Program-made: the position numbers and the translations under genes
Notes under the pieces: generated by a model
What the model was told of the DNA's origin: nothing
Seen by the model: only the letters and a program-made list of their open reading frames with translations
Database searches by the model: none
Source of the DNA: a candidate division WOR-3 bacterium
GTDB lineage: Bacteria; Hydrothermota; Tepidihabitantia; Tepidihabitantales; Tepidihabitantaceae
Direction of reading: 5' to 3'
Length of the DNA stretch: 64,000 nucleotides
Assembly: GCA_965649295.1 (NCBI GenBank)
Contig: CBFGKH010000003.1
Span: 64,001 to 128,000, forward strand
Shown here: one piece after another, positions 39,333 through 49,248 of the stretch
Layout of the letters: each line of letters begins with the position of its first letter
How positions within the stretch are numbered: the stretch's first letter is position 1

Positions 39333-40529
39333 CTATTCGGGCCGGGGCAGGTTCACGCGGGTCGGTTTGTCGGTCCGCAACCCTAGGGAGTAGTCAGCCT
39401 GGAGCAGGGTGTGAATCTCACGCGACCCCTCGTAAATCTGGGCACCCTTAGCGTTACGATAGAACCGCTCGACATTGTACTCATTGGAGAAGCCATAGGC
39501 ACCATGAATCTGAACCGCATTCGACGCGGCCCGTTCTGAGCGCTCACAGGCATACATCTTGGCAAGCGATGTCTCCCGCGTGTTGCGCCGACCTTCGTTC
39601 TTCAGCCAGCCGGCCCTGAGCCAGAGCAACCGGCTCGCCTCATAGTCAGCCACCATCTCGGCAATCATTGCCTTGATGAGCTGATGTTCGGCAATCGGCC
39701 GGCCGAAAGTCGTCCGAGTCTGGGCATACTCAACCGACGCATCAAGGCAGGCGCGAATCAGGCCGGTAGCCCCCGCGGCGACTGTGTAGCGGCCCTGGTC
39801 AATCGCAAACATCGCAATCTTGAAACCCTCGCCCTCGTTGCCTAACCGGTTGGCTGCCGGCACCCGCACCTCATCGAGCGCAATCGAACCGGTGTTGCCA
39901 GCACGGACACCAAGCTTGCCGTGAATCGTCGCGGTCGAGAGCCCCTTCATGCCTCGTTCCAGCAGAAAGGCCGACATCCCGGAGTGGTCGCGCTGCTTTT
40001 TCTTCTCGATGTCGGTCCAGGCGATTACCAGGAAGTGGTCGGCAACATCGGCAAGCGAAATCCACATCTTCTCACCGGTCAGGACATAATCGTTCCCGTC
40101 TTTGCGGGCGATGGTCTGAATACCCAGCGCATCGCTGCCGGCCGCTGGTTCGGTCAGGCCAAAGGTGGCAACCTTCTCGCCTTTGGCCTGCGGCACGAGC
40201 CAGCGTTGTTTCTGTTCTTCGGTTCCCCAACTAAGCAGGGTAAGCGAGTTCAGACCGATGTGCACCGAAAGCACGACCCGCAGCGAGGTGTCCACATATT
40301 CGAGCTCCTCGCAGGCCAGGCCGAGTGCAATGTAGTCATTGCCGGTGCCGCCGTAGCGAGGCGGTAGTGAGAGCCCGAGGATGCCGGCTTCGGCCATGCC
40401 GCGCAGCACCGCCGGGTCGAATATCCCTTTCTCATCCCGTTCCTTGATAGTGGGCGCGACCACCCGATTGGCGAACTCCCGCGTAAGTGATTGGACCATC
40501 AATTGGTCATCGGTGAAATCAAGATTCAT
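39333..40529 (-). CDS. Acyl-CoA dehydrogenase (glutaryl/butyryl-CoA type)
   Basis: FGLTEPAAGSD, GEKMWIS, QIHGAYG, IYEGS. Confidence 0.95.
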   Translation of the reverse strand: MNLDFTDDQLMVQSLTREFANRVVAPTIKERDEKGIFDPAVLRGMAEAGILGLSLPPRYGGTGNDYIALGLACEELEYVDTSLRVVLSVHIGLNSLTLLSWGTEEQKQRWLVPQAKGEKVATFGLTEPAAGSDALGIQTIARKDGNDYVLTGEKMWISLADVADHFLVIAWTDIEKKKQRDHSGMSAFLLERGMKGLSTATIHGKLGVRAGNTGSIALDEVRVPAANRLGNEGEGFKIAMFAIDQGRYTVAAGATGLIRACLDASVEYAQTRTTFGRPIAEHQLIKAMIAEMVADYEASRLLWLRAGWLKNEGRRNTRETSLAKMYACERSERAASNAVQIHGAYGFSNEYNVERFYRNAKGAQIYEGSREIHTLLQADYSLGLRTDKPTRVNLPRPE

Positions 40530-41811
40530 GCTGTCTCCTTCTGATTAGAACTGTCATCTTCAATCGCCGTGATGCGCTCAACGTTCAGCTTGCTGCCCAG
40601 CCGGCTGGTGCGAATCTCCTCGACAAGCGCCGGGAGCGGAAAGAGTTGCTGCTGTTGCAGCAGCAGGGCCAGGCCGCGCAGAGCAGCGGCCCGGCCATAC
40701 CACGAATGTCGGCAGTGATAACTTGGGCGCCGGTCTGGGGAACAGACAGTGACCGGTCAATGATGAGCGTCCCGGCCCTTAGCTGGCCTATTGTATCAGC
40801 GTAGTAGGCCAGCCCGTCGGCTGAGGTGATAACAACATAGTCAGGGACAATCGCGCCGGCATAGAGGATTGGCTCTGGCGAGAGCACGATGTCGGCAACC
40901 GAGTAACCGGTGCTGACTGTCACCGGATAGGCGCCACGTTTGGCCACGTGCAGGCCGGCCGCCATCGCGGCGCGGCAGAAAAGCTCGGCTGCGACCTGCA
41001 CCCCTTCGCCGGCTGAACCGCCAAGCGGCAGAGAAACTCTGCTGGTCAAAGCTGAACGATGGCTAGGCGTGACCGTTCGCACATCGAGCAGTGAGCCAAG
41101 AACAGACCGTTGGGTCAGGCGGAATCGCTCGGCATTGGGGCAGGTCAGGCGGCCTAGTTCCAGGCCAGCAGCCCGAATAATCTCGTCAAGATGACGTCCA
41201 GGATTGTGCTTAACACCGTAGCTCGGACATTGCTCAATTACCTCAACCAAAGCAAACCCGGGCGTTGTCAGTGCCTCGACAATCGCCGACGAGAAGTCGC
41301 CCCGGCCAATGACGCGGTAGGCACTAGCCGCGCCGGCCGAATGAACGCGCTGGAGGATATCGTAGCCGTGTAACTGGTGGCCATCCGAACAGGTGGGTGT
41401 CCGAAAACCGCAAGGCGTCAGCCCGCTGGGCTGACCACCAGTCATCCCGTAGAGCAGATTATTGTGGAGAATCGCTGTCACCGGAAAGTTGCGGTGGGCT
41501 GCCTCAATCAAATGCTGCAACCCGATGATTGCTCCGCCGTCGCCAAGGTAGGCGATTACCTTCTTAGTATCGGGCTGACAGGCAGCGATGCCCGCTGCCA
41601 AGGCGATGGCGCGGCCATGCAGTCCGTGCACGGTGTGCGTCCGAAAGTGTCGGTCAATGATACCATGACAACCGATGTCGGTAACCAGGATGACATCGAG
41701 CGGTTCGAGGCCGAGGGTTTCGAGCGCCCGCACCGTATTGCGCACAACCAGCGCATGACCACAGCCGCTGCAGAACGGTAATGGTGCGTCCGTGAGAAAA
41801 CGGCTACTCAC
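40526..41811 (-). CDS. 2-oxoacid:ferredoxin oxidoreductase beta+gamma fusion, frameshifted near 40690
   Basis: FCSGCGH, DIGC, GLHGR, GDGG, YGMTGGQ; gamma GSAGEGVQ; unshifted frame stops at 40585. Confidence 0.8.
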
Positions 41812-42913
41812 GATTGCGTACGGCGGCGATGATTTCGGCGGGCGCGATTGGCCGACCGATAGCATTGACACCAATGACACTAGCACGACCGCTTGCCCCC
41901 CACAGCAGCAGCCGAAGCTGACCGGTCAGATTCTCCTCGGCAACGATGACCCGTTGATAGCGGGAAGCTGTCGCCGTGACCAATGGCGGCAGCGGCAGTA
42001 GCGTCTTGGGAATACAGAGCGAGACGGGAACACCCGCTTCGCGCAGTCGCAAGACAGCGTGACGGGCAGCTAGCGCGGTGACATCCCAGGCAATGACCAG
42101 CGTATCGGCTTCAGCTTGTTCATCCAGCTCGACACGAGTGTAGAAGCTGAGGTTGGCAACAGCCTTCTCGTGCAGACGGCGAGTGTTGGCCAGTGCCTCA
42201 GGATCAAGGTGACGGACAATCCCATTGCGGTCATGGGTTGAGGCGTTGAGCCGCACCTGCTGGTGCGGGTTGCCCACCGGCAGAAACGCCGGTACAAGGT
42301 CCGGGCCAGGCGCATAGGGAACATACGGTGCTGACGCGGGGTGCTCAGGCCGCGGTACCGGTTTGATTGGTTCGAGTGCTGCCAGGTCGCAGTCGCGCTG
42401 GGTCATCATCATCTCTTTCGAGGTGAGGAGAATGACCGGTGAGCGCAGCCGGACCGCTGTGGCCACGGCCAGAGCTGCCAGTGTCCAGCAGTCAGTCAGG
42501 TCGGCTGGACAGAGCACTGGCAGGGCATGACCACCCGAGATTACGCCGTTGAGGAGCAGCAGGTCGCCAGCCGCCCCGGCAGTCGCTGAACCGGTTGACG
42601 GCCCGAGCCGCTGGGCCAGCACAATGACCATCGGCAGCTCCATCATGTGCACCATATTGATGGACTCAACCATCAACGCAAAACCTGGGAACGAAGTTGC
42701 CGTTACCGGTAACCGGCCAGAAGCCGAGAACCCAGCCATCCACTGCAGCGCCGTAATTTCGTCCGGAGCAGCCAGGGCGTAGGGCATCCGTTGAAAACCG
42801 TAGGCGTAGAGTAGATTAGCCGGCGTAATCGGATAGCCAACATACGTATCGGCACCAGCAAGCGCGAGCGACTCGATTACCAGCCGCGAGCCGTCAACCA
42901 GGGCAGGGCGCAT
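41804..42913 (-). CDS. 2-oxoacid:ferredoxin oxidoreductase alpha subunit
   Basis: GYPITP, DEITA, TATSFPGFALM.E, QRLGPSTG. Confidence 0.92.
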   Translation of the reverse strand: MRPALVDGSRLVIESLALAGADTYVGYPITPANLLYAYGFQRMPYALAAPDEITALQWMAGFSASGRLPVTATSFPGFALMVESINMVHMMELPMVIVLAQRLGPSTGSATAGAAGDLLLLNGVISGGHALPVLCPADLTDCWTLAALAVATAVRLRSPVILLTSKEMMMTQRDCDLAALEPIKPVPRPEHPASAPYVPYAPGPDLVPAFLPVGNPHQQVRLNASTHDRNGIVRHLDPEALANTRRLHEKAVANLSFYTRVELDEQAEADTLVIAWDVTALAARHAVLRLREAGVPVSLCIPKTLLPLPPLVTATASRYQRVIVAEENLTGQLRLLLWGASGRASVIGVNAIGRPIAPAEIIAAVRNRE

Positions 42914-44226
42914 TACGCCGGGTGCTTGACCCCAGTGGCAAGGCCGATGCGGCGGTAGGCAGCGTCAACGTGCCGAAGCAGATGACGAAGGTTTAGTGCC
43001 CTATCCAGCTCGCGGCGGCTCAGCCGGCGGACGATTGCGGGATTGGCACGAACCAGTTCCGGAAAGCTCTGGCCTTGGGCAGTGGCCTCAAACGCCAGGT
43101 CCTGAACCAGTTGGTAGGCACTGTCCTTGTCCATTCCAGCTCGAACCAGCGCTAGCATCACTGCTTGCGAGAAGAAAGTCTGACCGGACGATTCGAGATT
43201 GGCGAGCATTCGCTCTGGCCGCACCACAAGCCCGCTCAGCACGGCGGTGAGTTTGCGTACAGCGTAGTGCAGCAGGGTGAACGATTCGGGAATGATGATC
43301 CGCTCGGCCGCCGAGTTTGTCAGGTCACGCTCGTGCCAGAGAGCAATATTGTCCATGCCGGCCTGCGCATACCCGCGAATCACCCGTGCCAGACTGGTTA
43401 CCCGCTCGCAGATAATCGGATTCTTCTTGTGCGGCATCGCTGATGAACCGCGTTGCCCCCGACCGAACGGCTCACCAACCTCACCAATCTCAGTACGCTG
43501 GAGATTGCGAATCTCCGTGGCGATACGTTCGAGTCCGGTGGCGCAGACCGCCAAGGTGTTGAGCAAACAGGCATGACGGTCGCGGGGAATGACCTGAGTC
43601 GAGACCGGCTCAACCGCCAGCCCGAGCCGCCGCAGCACTCGTTTCTCAACTTCTGGACTCTGCTGGGTGTAGGAGCCGACCGCCCCAGAAAGCTTGCCGA
43701 AGCGCAGTTCGGCCATCGCTGCCTTCAGCCGTTCGATGTTGCGACTCACCTCGGCATACCAGGAGAGGGCCTTTAGACCAAAGGTTATCGGCTCGGCATG
43801 GACACCGTGGGTGCGCCCCATCATCGGTGTGTGCTTGTGTTCAAGCGCCAGCCGGGCACACTGCACCCGCAGGTCACCGAAAGCAGCAATCAGTATTTCG
43901 AGTGCCGAGATGCAGCGCAATGACAATGCCGTATCAACCACGTCGTAGGACGTAAGGCCATAGTGGACATAGCTACCGGCACTGCCCACACTCTTAGCAA
44001 CACTGCGGGTGAAGGCAATGACATCGTGGTTCGTCTCTTTCTCGAAGCGGTCAATCTCCGCGATACTGAAGGTGGCGCGCTGAATGCGACGAGCAGCGGT
44101 CTTGGGTATGAGACCGAGTTCAGCCTGAACCAGCGCCACCGTCTTCTCGACCAAGAGCCAAGAACCAAACTTGGCCTCCTCGCTCCAGAGGTTGGCCATT
44201 TCGGGCGTGTCGTAGCGACCGGTCAT
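42913..44226 (-). CDS. purB: Adenylosuccinate lyase
   Basis: HDVIAF, GRTHGVHAEP, GSSAMPHKKNP. Confidence 0.97.
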   Translation of the reverse strand: MTGRYDTPEMANLWSEEAKFGSWLLVEKTVALVQAELGLIPKTAARRIQRATFSIAEIDRFEKETNHDVIAFTRSVAKSVGSAGSYVHYGLTSYDVVDTALSLRCISALEILIAAFGDLRVQCARLALEHKHTPMMGRTHGVHAEPITFGLKALSWYAEVSRNIERLKAAMAELRFGKLSGAVGSYTQQSPEVEKRVLRRLGLAVEPVSTQVIPRDRHACLLNTLAVCATGLERIATEIRNLQRTEIGEVGEPFGRGQRGSSAMPHKKNPIICERVTSLARVIRGYAQAGMDNIALWHERDLTNSAAERIIIPESFTLLHYAVRKLTAVLSGLVVRPERMLANLESSGQTFFSQAVMLALVRAGMDKDSAYQLVQDLAFEATAQGQSFPELVRANPAIVRRLSRRELDRALNLRHLLRHVDAAYRRIGLATGVKHPA

Positions 44227-45305
44227 CGCAGTCGGTAGAGCAGGCGAATCTGCTCGCCGTTGCGGTCAATCACGATGTCAATAATCCGACCGAGTTGTTC
44301 ATAAAGCCGAGCAAACCCGGCCGCCGAAGAGACTGCCTTGCCCTGAGCCAAAAGAATCACATCGCCCGGCGCCATGCCGATTGTCTCGCCGATTGAACCC
44401 GCCGGCACCTCAACAACCACAACACCACGGCGATGGCCAAGACTGTAGAGGTTACGCAGGGAAGGAGTGATATCAGCAACTTTGATACCAAGGCCGGTAC
44501 TGATGCGAACAAAGCCAGAACCAGCAGTCCCGCGTACCTCGCGGATAAACTCTTTGGCATCGTTGATCGGCCGAGCAAAGCCAATGCCCTCAGACCCGCC
44601 GGAATGGCTAAAGATGAAAGTATTGATGCCAATGACCTCGCCGGCAGCGTTCACCAGTGCACCGCCCGAATTGCCCGGGTTGATGGCAGCATCGGTCTGA
44701 ATCATGTCGGCATACACGGCATCTCGCTGCCCAGCCTTGATGTCGCGGTGGAGAGCAGAGATAACACCAACCGTCACGGTCGGCTGAGCATCGTCAATCA
44801 TGAATCCGAAAGGATTGCCGATGGCAATCGCCCATTCGCCAATAATCAGGTCATCAGAGTTGCCGAGCGGAGCAGCGGGTAGGTCCTTAGCCCGAACCTT
44901 GAGCAAGGCCAGGTCGCGGTTCGAGTCAATCCCTTCAATCTCGGCATCAAACTCGCGGTTGTCGGGCAAAGTTACCTTCACCCGCGATGCGTTGTGAACC
45001 ACATGGGCATTGGTCAGCACGTCGCCATCGGCCGAGACAATCACGCCTGAACCCATTGACTTCACTTCCTGCCGGTACTGACGGCGCGGAAAGAAATCGC
45101 GGAAGAAATCATCGAAAGCACCGAATCCGCCAAATGGGTCGTAGGTCACGACTCGGGTCTGAGTTACGGTTACCGAGACAACTGCCGGACTGACACGCCG
45201 AGCAGCAAGCACGATGGCATTGGTGCGCGAGGCAGTAACATCTTCCCCGGGAGACGATGCCAGCAGTAGCGAACAGACAAAGATGACGACCGCCAGCTTT
45301 CTCAT
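44223..45305 (-). CDS. HtrA/DegP-like serine protease with PDZ domain
   Basis: GSGVI, TNAHV, QTDAAINPGNSGG. Confidence 0.95.
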   Translation of the reverse strand: MRKLAVVIFVCSLLLASSPGEDVTASRTNAIVLAARRVSPAVVSVTVTQTRVVTYDPFGGFGAFDDFFRDFFPRRQYRQEVKSMGSGVIVSADGDVLTNAHVVHNASRVKVTLPDNREFDAEIEGIDSNRDLALLKVRAKDLPAAPLGNSDDLIIGEWAIAIGNPFGFMIDDAQPTVTVGVISALHRDIKAGQRDAVYADMIQTDAAINPGNSGGALVNAAGEVIGINTFIFSHSGGSEGIGFARPINDAKEFIREVRGTAGSGFVRISTGLGIKVADITPSLRNLYSLGHRRGVVVVEVPAGSIGETIGMAPGDVILLAQGKAVSSAAGFARLYEQLGRIIDIVIDRNGEQIRLLYRLR

Positions 45306-45397
45306 CGGTGCGCCAGTCTAGCAGCAGGACAGAACAAGGTCAAGAAACGGAGACCAGTATCTTGACACGCCAATACCAGTGCATATCCTCAGTGACA

Positions 45398-46102
45398 ATG
45401 AAGTGGTTCATCGTCCTCTCGCTAGTTGTACCAGCGCATGCCATCCTCTACAACATTGACGCACCGGTACCAATCTCACTCGGCCATGGCGAGTATTTCG
45501 TTGCGACCCGGCTCTGGGGTGCTGGTGGAGCACTTGTCCGTGGCGGCGTCGGGCTTTTTGACCGGGTAACGCTCGGCATCTCGTACGGCGGTGACCACCT
45601 TTTGGGCAACGACTCAGTCCGTCTTTATCGTCGGCCCGAGTTTCAAGGCCGGCTCGCAGTGCTCAACGAGTCGGGCTATATCCCGGCACTGACTGTTGGG
45701 TTTGAAAGTCAGGGTTACGATGACCTTCTCGTGATTGCCGAAAGTGGCCGGGACACATCCTACCGCTATGCGGTACTGCCCCGCGGAGCTTACCTTGGCA
45801 TCGGCAAGACCATCGATCCGATTCGCACTTTTGTCCAGGTCGGGGCGAACTACTGGGGCGGATTCGACGGCTTTCTTGCCGCCAACTGTCTGCTCCCGGG
45901 TAGTGTCGAAATGATGCTGGAATATGACCCAGCCCTCAACGATCGGCAATCACTCTGGCAGGGCGGGCTGCTCAACCTTGGGATTGGCTGGACAATTGCC
46001 AACAAAGTTCGACTCGCCCTAGGCCTGCGCGACTTGCTCGGCAACCGTCGCGAAACGTTCTTCAACCGGATAATCGAGATTTCGATAAACGACCGCTTCT
46101 AG
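45398..46102 (+). CDS. Putative outer-membrane beta-barrel protein (YjbH-like)
   Basis: Signal peptide, amphipathic strands, terminal Phe; TTGACA-16-TATCCT upstream. Confidence 0.6.
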   Translation: MKWFIVLSLVVPAHAILYNIDAPVPISLGHGEYFVATRLWGAGGALVRGGVGLFDRVTLGISYGGDHLLGNDSVRLYRRPEFQGRLAVLNESGYIPALTVGFESQGYDDLLVIAESGRDTSYRYAVLPRGAYLGIGKTIDPIRTFVQVGANYWGGFDGFLAANCLLPGSVEMMLEYDPALNDRQSLWQGGLLNLGIGWTIANKVRLALGLRDLLGNRRETFFNRIIEISINDRF

Positions 46103-46113
46103 CGTCCGGCTGC

Positions 46114-46476
46114 CTACCGTAATGGCCGGGCACGAAGAGCGACGCCGTCCAGAGCAATCACCAATGTGTCAAACCCTGGTGCATCGAACGTGCGCTGAGC
46201 AATCGCCAAGCACGAATCAACCATCAGCTCTTTTGCAGTTGAATCGCTGGTTCTGGCAACAATGTTGATCACGACATTGCGAGTACGCGGACGCGGGGAA
46301 CTACTCCGAACCTGAAAATCGGCTTGCGGGTATGACTGCTGCAAGGCGGTGCGCGTCCGCTCGATGGCAGAAAATAGTCTGTTCTGCGCCGCAGCGTAGC
46401 GGGCCGTTCGCGCCAAAAAGAGCAGAACTGCACCGGTCAGTAGGACGAGAAAAACCAGCCACATCAGCCGAGTCAC
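46114..46476 (-). CDS. Hypothetical membrane-anchored protein
   Basis: N-terminal TM; TTGACG-16-TATCAT-6 nt-GTG. Confidence 0.6.
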   Translation of the reverse strand: MTRLMWLVFLVLLTGAVLLFLARTARYAAAQNRLFSAIERTRTALQQSYPQADFQVRSSSPRPRTRNVVINIVARTSDSTAKELMVDSCLAIAQRTFDAPGFDTLVIALDGVALRARPLR

Positions 46477-46614
46477 GACAGAATGATAGACTAACAGTAA
46501 GCCACGTCAAACCGCCGGCCAAGCCACCACCAATACAACGTCGTTCAAGCCTATTAGCCGGCCGGCCCTATCGCCACTGCGTTGACAGAACAAAGGGTCT
46601 CGTTATGATGCAGC

Positions 46615-47388
46615 ATGGCTCAGCTTGGTAGAGTTCGAAAGGAACGGCCGAAGAAGAAGTTTCGGCTATCGTGGGACCTCGTTCAGTGGGTAGTCGTTGG
46701 GGTCGTTGCGGCTTTCATGGGCTTCTTCCTGATCCGGGCCCTCATCTCGCGCCCAACCGACACCCCGCCGATCCCATTCCTAACACAACAACAGCCAGAC
46801 CTGATTGCCCTGACCCGCACGCTCGGCGAGATAAACCTCGACTCGACGACCCGCAGCATATTCCCGGCTGAGCTGGCAAGTCGGCTACCGACGTTCGACT
46901 CGCTGGTTGCGGAACGCCGCTTCAATGAGGCGGTCGAAGGGCTGCAGCGCCATCTACGTAAGGCGACCTCGGCTGAAACAGCGGCGATTCGGGCCTATCT
47001 TGGTTACTGTTACCTGCAGACAACAGCCTATGACCTGGCCTTGATGCACTGGCGCAAGGCACGGCTCATCGCGGTGCAGGCACTGCCCAGGTTAGTGCCT
47101 TGGCTAGACTTTGCTATCGGCTTCTTGTTCCAGTCACGCAGCCTGCCAGACAGCGCTCTAGCCAGCTATCGCCGCATACCACCAGATGCAATCGTGCCGG
47201 TCGGATATGGCCGGCCAGGTGTCTTGAACAACACCGGAGTTGCGCTGGAACTGCTGGGCGACAGCACCGCTGCGGCTCAGCTCTATCTTGAGGCCCGAAC
47301 AGCGCTCGGTCCTGAACACCTGCCGCGGGCGGCCGAAGTCATCGCTGACAATATCGGCCGGCTGGCCCGGTTTCTACCCGAGCAGTAA
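46615..47388 (+). CDS. Membrane-anchored TPR-like protein
   Basis: TM helix then helical YLGYCY / NNTGVAL repeats; TTGACA-16-TATGAT-5 nt-ATG. Confidence 0.7.
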   Translation: MAQLGRVRKERPKKKFRLSWDLVQWVVVGVVAAFMGFFLIRALISRPTDTPPIPFLTQQQPDLIALTRTLGEINLDSTTRSIFPAELASRLPTFDSLVAERRFNEAVEGLQRHLRKATSAETAAIRAYLGYCYLQTTAYDLALMHWRKARLIAVQALPRLVPWLDFAIGFLFQSRSLPDSALASYRRIPPDAIVPVGYGRPGVLNNTGVALELLGDSTAAAQLYLEARTALGPEHLPRAAEVIADNIGRLARFLPEQ

Positions 47389-49239
47389 CTAGCCCCAGAG
47401 CGGGTCAACGTCAACGCGGACACTAACGCCCGGCCGTTCGAGTTCCTTGAGCGCTATCAGTCGATCAAGTCGCTGCGGCCGGGTGAGCTTGACCAGTAGC
47501 CGTAGCCGGTTCTGGCGGCCGCGCACTGAAACCGGCCCGAGCACAGTGACTCCCTGCTCTCGCTCTAGTCGCCGGGCGATTGTGGCAGCATGCCTAGCAA
47601 CAATAGCCTCAGTCTTGCCGGTGAGTTCGACAATCGCAATCCGACTTATCGGCGCGTAGCCCAGTTCTTTTCGTGCTGCCAGTTCTGCATCCAGAAAGCC
47701 GACAACGTTGCCGTTGCTTGCATACTCGACTACCGGATCGTCCGGACGACGGGTCTGAATCAACAACTTAGCGTTGTGGGTGGCTGCTCGGCTCATCAGT
47801 GCCGCAACAACCGAGAATGCGGTTTCGGCTGCTCGAAAATCAGGTCGGCAGAGTTCACCATCCAGAACCGGGGCCAGAACCAGAGCTGTGTCTTCAGGCC
47901 AACCCATACCAAACAGCGCTGCCGTACCAATCAGGATGGTGTTATTGCTGACGGTCGGTGGCGTCCTACCGGCTTCAACCAGTGCAATTCTTGAGCTAGT
48001 CGGGAGTTTGCGTATCTCCCTTTCGACTCCCTCTAGCCCGGGCGATCGGAACTCGAACTGCAGGCCACCACAGACCTGACACTGATCGGGTGCTGGTGAC
48101 CGGTGACCGCACCAAGGGCAACAGAGTTCACCACCAGATTGGAGGGTAGCATTGACCTGACATTGGGGACAGACCAGCGGAGTCGCGCATTCAGTGCAGG
48201 CGACATAGCGAGCGAGCCCGCGACGGTTGACATAGACGACAGCGCTCTGCCCACGAGCCATGGTCTTCTGAAGCTCATGCCGAGCCAACGGCGCAAGAAT
48301 CTCTCGATAATGACGCCGCATGTCTATGACTCGCAGGTCGGCCGGCGCCAGGCTTGGCCCGTGAAGCTGACGATAGCTGCCGTTCTTGACGTGATACCAA
48401 GTCTCAAGCGATGGGACTGTGTCGCAAAGCAGTGTTGAACACCCAGCCGCCTGAGCCCGCAGAATCGCCACGTCGCGGGCATGAAAGCGGGGATACCGCT
48501 CTTCTTTGTAGTGTCGGTCGTGCTCGTTCAGAACGACGATGCCGCGGAGGTCTGGTACCGGTGCGAAAACGGCTGAGCGCGTCCCGAGCACAATCCGGCG
48601 AGAGGAACAGCGCAACTCGAACCAAACCTGCCGACGCTGGCGCAAGCTCAGCCCGGCGTGATAGGGCACGACCGAAGAACTTGCCATTCTCTCCAGCTCG
48701 CGCTGCCAGTTACCTAGGTCGGTTTCCGGTGACAGAACAATTACCGACCCCCCTGCCAGCGCACTGGCAACATAGTTGGCGACGATCGGGTTCGGGTCTG
48801 AACTTCCCGAGAAAAGCACCACGTGACCATTGGTCGTTGTCGTCTGGGCGAATGACGGAAGGCCAAAGGTCGAAGGTTGGGACTCAATAGCTGGCAGTTT
48901 CTTGCTAGTCGTGACTATCCCGCGGGGCAGTATCAGACCTAGCGTCGTGCCGATGTGACCAAAGTAGTATGAATTCACCCGCAGGGCAAGCCGGATGAGT
49001 TCAGCCGGAACTAGCTGTGGCCAAAGCAATTGCTCAACCGACAGAATACGCGAGACTGCTGGTCTAGACCCACGTCCGATAACAATAGCTCGCACCCGTT
49101 TGTTGCGCAGTCGCACAAGCACACAGTCACCAGCATCCAGGTTTGGCAGAACTGCCGGGTCGTATTGGTAGGTCAGCTCAGCGAGTCGCGTATGGGGTAT
49201 CGCGACGTCACAGTATTGTGGCTGCGCCGGTTCGGCCAT
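47389..49239 (-). CDS. priA: Primosomal protein N' with degenerate helicase motifs
   Basis: GTRSAVFAP, YKEERYPRFHARDVA, NRRG, four CxxC, IQT. Confidence 0.88.
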   Translation of the reverse strand: MAEPAQPQYCDVAIPHTRLAELTYQYDPAVLPNLDAGDCVLVRLRNKRVRAIVIGRGSRPAVSRILSVEQLLWPQLVPAELIRLALRVNSYYFGHIGTTLGLILPRGIVTTSKKLPAIESQPSTFGLPSFAQTTTTNGHVVLFSGSSDPNPIVANYVASALAGGSVIVLSPETDLGNWQRELERMASSSVVPYHAGLSLRQRRQVWFELRCSSRRIVLGTRSAVFAPVPDLRGIVVLNEHDRHYKEERYPRFHARDVAILRAQAAGCSTLLCDTVPSLETWYHVKNGSYRQLHGPSLAPADLRVIDMRRHYREILAPLARHELQKTMARGQSAVVYVNRRGLARYVACTECATPLVCPQCQVNATLQSGGELCCPWCGHRSPAPDQCQVCGGLQFEFRSPGLEGVEREIRKLPTSSRIALVEAGRTPPTVSNNTILIGTAALFGMGWPEDTALVLAPVLDGELCRPDFRAAETAFSVVAALMSRAATHNAKLLIQTRRPDDPVVEYASNGNVVGFLDAELAARKELGYAPISRIAIVELTGKTEAIVARHAATIARRLEREQGVTVLGPVSVRGRQNRLRLLVKLTRPQRLDRLIALKELERPGVSVRVDVDPLWG

Positions 49240-49248
49240 CAGGATGCA

